Assembly: GCF_039654945.1 (NCBI RefSeq)
Contig: NW_027361696.1
Coordinates: 56,854,001 to 56,918,000 of the forward strand
DNA: 64,000 nt
Origin: Dendrobates tinctorius
Lineage: Eukaryota
Direction of reading: 5' to 3'
Part shown: positions 50,820 to 61,554 of the stretch, piece after piece
Position numbering within the stretch: the first letter of the stretch is position 1
Layout: each line of letters begins with the position of its first letter
Program-made: the position numbers and the translations under genes
The notes under the pieces: generated by a model
Seen by the model: the letters and a program-made list of their open reading frames with translations, nothing else
Database searches by the model: none
Told to the model about the DNA's origin: nothing

Positions 50820-53518
50820 AGTTGGGTCGCCCTCCCTGGGCTGTGGGGTACTCGATACCGGGCCCGATAAGCTTCAATGGGAGTTGTCACGGCAGCGGGG
50901 ACCCGGCCCGTGGCCCTTGGCGTCGATTGTAATAGAGTGGGAAAGTTCAGTGTGTTTATGACGATTAGAATCAATGAGTCGTGAAGCCACCTGTGGTGTT
51001 CGGCAATGAAGATGTTAAGCCGACGCTGCAGACAGGTCCTCTGGGACAGATCGTGTGGTGCAGCAATGATGTTATAGCCTTCCACAGGCAGGGCTTTAGT
51101 CCCAGGGCAGTGAGATGAAGTGACACTTAGATGGTGTAGTGTCGGGCGCAGGGGATGTAGCAGTGCTGGGCAGGTTGACGCAGGAATAAGTGGAGGACAC
51201 CAGAGCATGTAGTTCCAAAGCTTTACTCACAATCTGTTGTGGCACAAGAGCCCGCATCCGTGCCGTGTCTGCCGGATCAAGAGCTCAGCCAACTTCCAGG
51301 CAAGATGAAGTACTCCTTTCCAACACTCCGCCAACATATGTGCCTTTTCTGAACGTCTCCCTCTTAGCGGCTTTAGTGAAGTAGTCCCAGTACTGAGTTA
51401 CAGTGGAGTTCCTCCTGTCAGATGTTCCTATGAACTCTACTTGTATGGCAGACAGCTGTAGCCTGCTTCGGGGACTCCTTACGACCTAGTTCCGGCTCAC
51501 TATCGATGCTGTTGTGCCCCCAAGTCTGGTGTGGGAATAAAGCGGTGACTACTTCTATTCCTCCGGTGTCTGCTGCAGGACCGTTAGTATCCATACAACC
51601 TCGGGGACCGGACCCCGGCCTTGCGCTTAGAACTTGGGAAGGGTTCTCCTCTAACCCTAATCCTTAGTTCTCTTCTTCTCCTCACATTCCGTACTAATCC
51701 TTTCCTTCTTATGGAGAGTCAGGCTTTCTATCAAAAGTTCCTTTCCTGTGCCAGCGGACCCAGGTCACTGAGGTCAGCTGCAGCACTTCCTTCATCCATC
51801 CCACTCAGGGGATCTTCTCTCACAGACTGACCTCGTCAGCATCCTGTGACAAACTGACTGAATCCTAAAACCTTCCCACTCTTTTGTGCAAAACTAAACT
51901 CCACCTGCCTCCCAGCACGCTTTGTGTTCCAAGCAGGGAGCCACCAAAGGGTGCTTTGCTACACTACTATGTTGTGTGGGATGCAGGTGTTGGAGCGTGA
52001 CCAGGCGTCTCCACCTTACCTGAATGGTGGGGCACCACACTTCAGGAGGAGGTGCAGTACCTCTGTGGTGACAGAACCCTCAGGGGCGCCACACATGCAC
52101 CAGAGCTGCTGCGAGTCACGGTGTCTGTGACTTTGCTCGACACTGCGCATGCATGGGGAGCCGCTAAAGACTGCACATGCGCGGGGATCCGCTCGAAACT
52201 ACGCAAGCACAGGATGTTAGAGCAGATTCCTGTGACATCGGCGCACCCTGGAACAATCAGAATGCATTGGCATTGACAATACGACGAGTCCGTGACTGAA
52301 AAAAAAATGAAGCAACAACCCTTTGACTGAAACAGAATGTACTATATAAAGTGATTTTTGCAGATGATTACAGCCCCATTTTGTTTGCATCACTAACAAT
52401 ACACTGTGGACAGTTTAGTTGCTACAAATGACATGACAGGTTCCCTTGAAGGGCAATAATATTGCAATGTGGTGCGGCGGTAGCTGTGGGTGAGGTACTC
52501 ATCTCTTACATCCCAGCACATTACATGAAAGTGGGGGTCCTGCATGGGTGTGTGGATTTGTACTATGGGAGCATTATTGTCTTTGCAGTCCACATGTAAC
52601 CGATTACTTTGATTGGCCAGGAACAGATGTTTTACAGTTTAATGAGGGAGACCACCAGTCAAAAATAACCTTTTTACTGGATGATAACTTGGAGGGGATT
52701 ATATACGGTAGACAGCAGGTACACAACTTGCACATGTTTCCTTCACAATACAGAGCATTTTCCATCCCTTCTTCTTCTCCAAGTTAAGCTCAGTACTATA
52801 GTCCAGTTAGCAAGATTCCTTAAATCAACCCACAGTTCCGAGACTTTTTCCCCTCTAATAAACTAGCTTGCCAATAAAAGCGTTACCTAGCTATTCTTCT
52901 ACTGATGCTCTGGAACTCCCGTGTCGGGCACGCTCTTTGTCTTATCTACTCTATCCCATCTAGGACCATTACCACTGTGAGTCATTAACTCTGGGATGTA
53001 CTGCCAGGACCAGTCTCAGACCGATTAATCACTCCATTAATTCAGTCACTTCTTTTTCCTTCTGCTAGGATCTCACTATCCGCATCACGGTCTCCTCTCA
53101 CATTAGGGACACCCACATCATGCAGTACTGCTCAGTTCAGACCATGCAGCACTGCTCAGTTCAGACCTTAGGTCTGCTTTCTACCCACACCGGGCCCTAT
53201 CTGATGTCCTGACAGGAAATGGTCTCTGCCATTCACTTCAGCCCCTCCCACTTGGGGCCAGTCCAAAACATTAACCCTCACTTTCCCTACTGTCAAACAC
53301 CACATATTGCCATCATCATTAATGCATATCACATTACACACCAAAAATACAATGTTCTTAATATGACCACATACTGTATTGTGGTCTTCACAAGACTGAA
53401 ACACATGGGGTCCCAAGGGTATCACTCTGTATTAGACACAGTCATCACAAACTTTGTGTATTCATTTCTTAGAGTCTAAATCTCAAAGAAGACAATTTTT
53501 GTGTGGCACAGAACTTAC

Positions 53519-53565
53519 CATTTCGGGATGAGGATTTCATCATTGAATTTGTGGTGTCACTTGAA
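53519..53565 (-). CDS. Small cytoplasmic exon (47 nt): (S)SSDTTNSMMKSSSRN
   Basis: Acceptor ctattttactttcag and donor atg|gtaagt. Phase 2 to 1, in frame with the TM exon. Confidence 0.8.
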
Positions 53566-54305
53566 CTGAAAGTAAAATAGGTATTAAATAATGGGGGGAA
53601 AAAAAATCTACACCCTTCCAACTTTGGCCCCTGTAAATTTTATCATCAGGACAAAGACTATAGATATGTCATCAGTCTACTACAGTCAATAGGACCTGGT
53701 GCCTGCAACTTTTTTCTTTTTATGACCTCATGACCAAACTTCCCTTTATAAGAACAACCAATTCCTTGTTTGGATGTAGCATTGTTAGTTACCAACATTT
53801 GTCTTGGTAATTGTGGGACGTTTTAGTCCTTCTACCATTCCCACCCACAAGGAATCCCCCACATGTGGTTGTGCTTTGTGCAAACTTCATCCCTGTTTGA
53901 CCCATAACACCACAAATTTCCAGGATAGTCCTGGCAAATTTAGGACATTTTGCATTTACTGATGTAGTATGGAGTCCATACATATAAAGACAATTACAGA
54001 AGCCAGTCAATGTTTTTGATATTGATGTAGATTGTCTTTTGGATGCCTAAAGTTGTGTCGGTTATGTAAAGGAGTTTGCTAAAAGATCTTTTCCAGCAAG
54101 AAAAAGTAATTAACCACCCATCCTCTTGATCAATGAAAACTTCTAGATCAGCGGGGGTCCGAGCAATGTCAAAATTGGGGTCTTTATTCCCCCTTGTTTG
54201 ACTGGAGTGGCATTGCACATGTGTTACTCTCATTCTCTATGGGACTGAAAGATTGTTGAGCGCAGTACATGGTTGTGCCTCGGTCACGTATAACGCTGTA
54301 CTTAC

Positions 54306-54429
54306 CTTTTGCGCCGTTTGTGTATCATAAACAGATAAATTAAGGCTATGATCAGAATCAGCAATAACACTCCAGCCACCACCACTCCAATGATCATTGG
54401 CAGGTCTTCACTGACAGGTTCTGTATATT
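54306..54429 (-). CDS. Transmembrane exon of a type I membrane receptor, CEACAM-like: YTEPVSEDLPMIIGVVVAGVLLLILIIALIYLFMIHKRRK
   Basis: Acceptor ttgttttgcag and donor aag|gtaagt. Hydrophobic helix followed by a basic stop-transfer motif. Phase-1 start, as after an Ig-domain exon. The 1-2/2-1/1-0/0 phase series matches the CEACAM1 tail; the family assignment is inference. Confidence 0.85.
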
Positions 54430-54464
54430 CTGCAAAACAATAAGGGGTCATCATTTAAATCAAA

Positions 54465-56267
54465 TAGAAACTTGGCACACACTCGTGGATTCTGATGCAG
54501 AAAGGTGATTTTAATAAAGTACAGTACATACATTCAGACGTTTCGGTCTATGACCTTCATCAATGTTCTGTGAATCAAGAAATAAAAAATAAAAATAAAT
54601 AGGTGGCATAAAAAAAGAAAGTATATACAAGGTATCCGGGTACATAGACTACAGAATATATCAATCAAATGCAGAGACATCGATCACATTAAGGCACATG
54701 TTGGCACAGTATGTAAAATGTAAAGGCAGGAATAGCACCAATAGTGGAGATCAAGATCAGTAAGCAGAGAGACACATACCAATTGCTGTACTGTAAGCTC
54801 AAAGAAACTGGGCACAAAGAAAAAAACCTAAGGGGAGAGGGCATTGCTGTAATATCAAGGTGATAGTCCGTGGTAAGTGTGTGTATTGAGATGCCTAGAT
54901 TGCATACCGGTGGGTGAGGAGGCACCGAGGACCGTCTCTCTATAAGAGAGAACACCACAATAAGCGACTGGATTAATGAGTTAAAAAATATATACCATAG
55001 CGGTGGAAGTGAGGAAAGTGCCCCTAAGGTCTTACCGTTCTGAATATGGCTGGTGGACGTGGTATCCACCGCGAATCAGTGGCGCTATATCACTGGGGAG
55101 CATCAGGGTTTATATCCCTGACAAGCATGGAGGCTGGGCGGAAGTGCGCAACCGGAAGTGGATCGGCGTGCGCTCCATTAACATCAATATGCGCTCCAGG
55201 CGCTGAGAGATGATGGAAGGGAGGCGTGGGTGGGACCTGTCCACCTGTGTGTGTGCTAGATACTGATGAATGGGCCGGTTTGCAGGGAGGTGCAGCGTGG
55301 TGACTTGGTTGCCGTAGTAACTAGCAAGGCACGAGTACAGAAAGTGCCAAGGATAGAAGCGGTGGATATTCAGTGCTCTGGTGACGGTGATTTCAAGTAC
55401 ATTCACAACTGTTGGTTCTGTAATGAAGAAGATCTCAAATTAGTGTTAGGCATACAGAATTAATGAAATGGCAAGCAGAATAAATTGTATCCACAAACCT
55501 AATAGAGTAAATACCATACAGATTATGCCTTGTTCTGCGATGTTCAGATAGTGTGATAGCTCACAAACATAAGTGTAGCCAAATCATGTTTGGAGGAATG
55601 ACTGTACATCATAGTCCTTATTCAAACCCTTAGGCGCCAGGGTATTAAGTTCGTGAATCTAGTAGGCTTCCCTTCTTTTTAATAGATTAATACGGTTACC
55701 TCCCCTGTATGGCGGATGAATTTGCTCCACAACTTGAAACCCAAGTTGTGCAATGGTGTGGCCCGCAGTGATGAAGTGATAAGGGATCGGAAGGAGCATG
55801 TTTTTACACCTCATGGTGGATTTGTGTTTAGATATCCGATCCCTTATATGTTGTGTGGTTTCCCCCACATTAAGTAAGCCACATGGACATTTGATAATAG
55901 CTCATTTGTGATATATATCACAGGTATAATATTCTCTGATGTCATATTTTTTGCCTGTGTGGGGATGATAGAAACAGTTACCTTTCTGAACGTTGTTACA
56001 CTGCATGCATTGTAGGCAAGGGAAGGTGCCAAACTTGGGATTTGTGAGGAAGCGTTGTTTTTTAGGAGGACGAGGAGAGCCTATATCTGCTTTAATTAGG
56101 ATGTCACGTATATTACGGGGTCTCCTAAAACAAGGGAGTTACAGTTCTTTAAAAGCCCCTACATTGGGGTGGGCCATGGCGAGAAGATGCCAGTGACGTC
56201 TGATACTCGAATGTAGACAATAGGCAAGAGGGTGATAGTCATGTACAAATACAATACGGTTAGTCAC
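54465..56267 (-). mobile_element. Penelope-like element 3' part: decayed GIY-YIG endonuclease (~55585-56267) plus 3' UTR/pseudo-LTR
   Basis: FRRPRNIRDILIKAD, FPCLQCMQC, CPCGLLNVGETTQHIRDRISKHK and LLKRREAY*IHELNTLAPKGLN. Truncated by the hAT insertion at 56268. Confidence 0.85.
54530..54575 (-). ncRNA. Minimal hammerhead-ribozyme-like motif of the Penelope pseudo-LTR
   Basis: Minus strand ttgatga-a-ggtc-ata-gacc-gaaa-cgtc: core boxes, 4-bp stem II and palindromic ACGT stem III. The first core base is U rather than C, and stem I is weak. Confidence 0.55.
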
Positions 56268-57252
56268 TAGTGTAGAGCGATACCACCCGATACTGAAAAA
56301 TATCGGATCGGAATGGATCGGCCGATCTAAAAAAAGTATCGGGTATCGCCGATTCCGATCCCGGAAGTCCCATTCAAGTCAATGGAACAGAAATATCGGA
56401 ATTAAAAAAAACCCTTTCTTTCCCTGTCGGTTAATTCTACATGAAGAAGAACAACTAATAATAATTTAGAATGCATTGTGGGAGGTGTAGGAGACATTAA
56501 AGCCATAAAGGTTTAGCCCAATCAAATGGAATAGCAGGATTTTTTTTTTTAAAGACGTTCGTAGTTACAAAGATATTGACTATGTTAAAGTCTTTAATTT
56601 TTTGTCAGATATGTACAGTATGTTTCACTACTTCCATGCCCTTCACCTTCTTTTTTACTTCTCCCACACTTTCTCCTTCATCATCTTCAGCAGCAGCAGT
56701 ATCTTCTTCTTTTTCTTTTTATTCTTCTTTTTATTCTTCCTATTCTTCTTCATCATATTCTTATTTGTGTCAGGCATTCCTGTAGTTATCTATAAAAGTT
56801 TGAAGATTACACCTTCCGTTCAGCCTGTCACAAAAGACTTACAACAGGATTTGTCCGCGTTCAGTTTGGCCTGCAGCAGCAGGCCTTTTCCTGGGGCACC
56901 ACGAGGAGGAACGGACTCACCCCCATACACTGCTTAGTCTTCTTCTGCTTATAAATTTGATAATCTCATTTGCTCAGATTTTTAGTCTTATGCTTAATGT
57001 TCTTCTGCTTTTGGTTTTTATGCTTCTTGGTCTTCTGTCTCTTGTTGTTCTGCATCTTGGTGGTTGTCTTCCTGTTCTTTGTCCTCTTGGTCATCTTCTT
57101 CAGGGTCATCTTTTAGGTATTCTTCTGTGTGGTCTTCAGTGTCGTCGTCTTCAGGGTCATTGTCAGGGAGATCCAGAGTGAGAATCAAAAACCATTTCCA
57201 CAAGCTTGAACTTTGAAAAGTAACAGAAGTTACAAGAAGGCTGAGGAACTGG

Positions 57253-60200
57253 CGAGAACCAGCTGATGGTACTGGAACCTGGAGTGGCAGCAGAATGAAC
57301 AAGAGCCAATGGCACAACCGTGGACCAGCTGACGGTGCTGGAACACGGTTACTAAGCAGGAGGTACCTGTGCTCCAAAGCACTACCAAGGACCAGCAGAC
57401 GTTGGTGGAACTTGGATACCGACAAGGAGGCACCTAGGCCAAAGGCTCTGCCGGGAACCAGCTGACGTTGCTGAAACCCAGATGGGTAGCAGAAGGTACC
57501 CATGATTAACAAAGTGTCGCGTCCGCGAGCCGGCCGCAATTACCGAAACCCACAGTCCTACAGGTGGTGCTTGTCCTATTGGCACTATGGAACCAGCCTT
57601 TTTTCCAGAACCCGCAGTCCACATAGGAAGCAATGAAATTGCAGGCACCATAGACTCGGCTAACACGACAGGACAACGTATCAGTGGCAAAGTGACGTTG
57701 ACACTATCCGGAAACAGCAGGCGTGCTGTAACCAGGCTGGGCAGGAGGGAGTACCCGTGCCAAAGACACTGCCGAGAACCAGCTGATGGTACTGGAACCT
57801 GGAGTGGCAGCAGAATGAACAAGAGCCAATGGCACAACCGTGGACCAGCTGACGGTGCTGGAACACGGTTTCTAAGCAGGAGGTACCTGTGCTCCAAAGC
57901 ACTACCAAGGACCAGCAGACGTTGGTGGAACTCGGATACCGACAAGGAGGCACCTAGGCCAAAGGCTCTGCCGAGAACCAGCTGACGGTGCTGGAACCCG
58001 GCTGGGCAGGAGGGAGTACCCATGGCAAACACACTTCTGAGCAGCAACATGCGATGTTGAAGCCCAGGGGTCAATCATGCAGCAGGCTGAGGCCAACTTG
58101 GAGCGAGTTTTATATTGGTTGTACACAACTACTGATTGTAACCGTGCTCCACTTTGGCCTCTGGCTCTACTGTCTCCAGTATTTCCCCTAGCCTCCAACC
58201 ATGCCAGTTGCTGCTCTGCAGTGTTGTCTGCACAATCCACACTTGTTCCTGAATTACTGGGGCTCAGTCACGTCAGTTGATCCCCTGATGTGTGTAAGGC
58301 AAGGTGTCCTGCTCTGTCCACATTCCCACAACTATTAATGGGAATGGGGACAGAGCAGGAGACATTGCCGGACACACATCAGGGGATCAACTGACGTGAA
58401 TGAGCCCCAGTAACACAGGAACAAGGGTGGATTGTGGAGATGGCACGTCAGAGCAGCGACTGGCGGGGTTGGAGGCCAGGGGAAATACTAGAGACAGTAC
58501 AGCCAGAGGCCTAAGTGGACCACGGTTAAAAGTCAATAGTAGTGTGATGTTGGAGGCAGCAGTAGACTTTGCCATCCGCACAGCAGGGGAACAGCTGGCG
58601 TTACTGAACCCCACAGACACAGGAGCGAGTGTTTCTATCTGTGCGGACGGCACTTCCAAGCTACAACTGGCTGTGTTGAAGCCCAGGACCAATGCTCCAA
58701 GCAGGCTGAGGCCTACTTGGAGCAAGTGGAAAACAACATGTAGTGTGATGTTGGAGGCAGCAGGAGATTTTGCCATCCGCACAGCAGGGGAACAGCTGGC
58801 ATTACTGAACCCCACTAACAAAGGAGCTAGTGTGTGTTTCTCTGTGAAGACGGCACTTCTGAACACCAACTGGCGTTGTTGGAGCCCAGGATGAGGCATG
58901 GAGCAGGCTGAGGCCAACTTGCAGCACGTTTTATAGAGGTTGTAGACTACTACTGATTGTAACCGTGCTCCACTTAGGCCCCTGGCTCCACTGTCTCTAG
59001 TATTTCCCCTGGCCTGCAACCCCGCCAGTGACAGCTCTGAAGTGGACTCAGCACAATCCACACTTGTTCCTGTGTTACTTGGCCTCAGTCCCGTCAGTTG
59101 ATCCCCTGATGAGTGTCCGGCAAGGTCTCCTGCTCTGTCCTCATTCACACTACTAGCAATGGGAATGTGGACAGAGCAGGAGACATTGACAGACACACAT
59201 CAGGGGATCAACTGACGTGACTGAGGCCAAGTAACACAGGAACAAGTGTTGATTGTGCAGATGCCACTTCAGAGCTGTCACTGGCGGAGTTGGAGGCCAG
59301 GGGAAATACTAGAGACAGTTGAGCCAGAGGCCTAAGTGGAGCAGGGTTAAAAATCAGTAGTAGTTTGAATGTGGATGGAGCAGGAGACTTTGCTATCCAC
59401 ACAGCAGGGGAGCAGCTGGCATTACTGAACCCCACTAACACAGGAGCGAGTGTTTATATCTGTGCGGACGGCACTTCCAGGCTACAACTGGCTGTGTTGT
59501 AGCCCAGGATCAATGCTCCGAGCAGGCTGAGGCCTACTTGGAGAGAGGAGAAAAAGCGTTGTAGTGTGAGTTTGGAGGCAGCAGGAGACTTTGCCATCCA
59601 CACAGCAGGGGAACAGCTGGCGTTATTGAACCCCACTAACACAGGAGAGAGTGTTTCAATCTGTGCGGACGGCACTTCCAGGCTACAACTGGCTGTCTTG
59701 TAGCCCAGGATGAAGCATGCAGCAGGCGGAGGACAACTTGCAGCTGGTTTTATAGAGGTTGTAGACTACTACTGATTGTAACCGTGCTCCACTATGGCCT
59801 CCGGCTCCACTGTCTCTAGTATTTCCCCTGGCCAACAACCCCGCCAGTTACAGCTCTGAAGTGGCGTCTGCACAATCCACATTTGTTCCTGTGTAACTGT
59901 GGCTCAGTCCCGTCTGTTGATCCCCAGATGTGTGTCTGGCAAGCTCTCCTGCTCAGTCCTCATTCACACTACTAGTAATGTGAATGTGAACAGAGCAGGA
60001 GACCTTGCCGGACACACATCAGGAGATCAACTGACGGGACTGAGCCACAGTAACTCAGGAACAAGTGTGAATTGTGCAGACGGCACGTCAGAGCAGCGAC
60101 TGGCGGGGTTGGAGGCCAGGGGAAATACTAGAGACAGTGGAGCCAGAGGCCTAAGTTGAGCACAGTTACAAATCTGTAGTAGTTTGCATGTGGATGGAGC

Positions 60201-61490
60201 AGGAGACATTGCAGTCTACACAGCAGGGGAACAGCTGGCATTACTGAACCCCACAGACACCGTAGCGAGTGTGTTTTTCTCTGTGAAGATGGCACTTCTG
60301 AACACCAACTGGCGTTGTTTGAGCCCAAGATGAGGCATGGAGCAGGCTGAGGCCTGATGGTGTTGGCATGTGGAGGCAGCACTAGACTTTGCCGTCTACA
60401 CAGCAGGGGAACAGCTGGCATTACTGAACCCCACAGACACAGGAGCTAGTGTGTTTTTCTCTGTGAAGACGGCACTTCTGAACACCAACTGGCGTTGCTG
60501 GAGCCCAGGATGAGGCATGGAGCAGGCTGAGGCCTGATGGTGTTGGCATGTGGAGGCAGCAGGAGACTTTGCCGTCTACACAGCAGGGGAACAGCTGGCA
60601 ATACTGAACCCCACTAACACAGGAGCTAGTGTGTGTTTCTCTGTGAAGACGGCACTTCTGAACACCAACTGGCGTTGTTGGAGCCCAGGATGAGGCATGG
60701 AGCAGGCTGAGGCCTGATGGTGTTGGCATGTGGAGGCAGCAGGAGACTTTGCCGTCTACACAGCAGGGGAACAGCTGGCAATACTTAACCCCACTAACAC
60801 AGGAGCTAGTGTGTGTTTCTCTGCGAAGACGGCACTTCTGAACACCAACTGACGTTGTTGGAGCCCAGGATGAGGCATGGAGCTGGCTGAGGCCAACTTG
60901 CAGCACGTTTTATAGAGGTAGTAGACTACTACTGATTGTAACTGTGCTCCACTATGGCCTCCGGCTCCACTGTCTCTAGTATTTCCCCTGGCCTCCAACC
61001 CCGCCAGTGACAGCTCTGAAGTGGCGTCAGCACAATCCACATTTGTTCCTGTGTTACTTGGCCTCAGTCCAATCAGTTGATCCCCTGATGTGTGTCCGGC
61101 AAGGTCTCCTGCTCTGTCCTCATTCACACTACTAGTAATGGGAATGTGGACAGAGCAGGAGACCTTGCCGGACACACATCAGGGGATCAACTGACGTGAC
61201 TGAGGCCAAGTAACACTGGAACAAGTGTGGATTATGCGGACACCACTTAAGAGCTGTCACTGGCGGGGTTGGAGGCCAGGGGAAATACTAGAGACAGTGG
61301 AGCCAGAAGCCTAAGTGGAGCAGGGTTAAAAATCAGTAGTAGTTTGAATGTGGATGGAGCAGGAGACTTTGCCGTCCACACAGCAGGGGAGCAGCAGGCG
61401 TTACTGAACCCCACTAACACAGGAGCTAGTGTTTTTCTCTGTGCAGACGACACATCCGAGTGACAACTGGCTGTGTTGAAGCCCAGGGAT
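57253..61490. repeat. Complex repeat array inside the hAT element: ~230-bp duplication (57253/57773), ~180-bp monomers and four ~400-bp hairpin modules
   Basis: Exact 180-bp period at 60241, 60421, 60601 and 60781. Hairpin modules begin at 58131, 58952, 59771 and 60931. Confidence 0.9.
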
Positions 61491-61554
61491 TATAGTTCAG
61501 GTGGTAGAAACATGAACACAACAGGATACCTGGATACAGTTGCCAACCGATTAT

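Larger units (their letters stand above)
46988..52093 (-). mobile_element. Complete non-autonomous LTR retroelement carrying a cold-shock-domain ORF
   Basis: 5' LTR 50823-52093 and 3' LTR 46988-48258, both 1271 bp. TSD catg at 46984-46987 and 52094-52097. PBS and PPT present. The 2564-bp interior has no recognisable gag, PR, RT or IN motifs. Confidence 0.93.

Noticed and set aside
57382-61463. Many 60-270 aa ORFs in the hAT repeat array
   Set aside because: They follow repeat periodicity on both strands with stops at recurring positions, so they are not credible genes.
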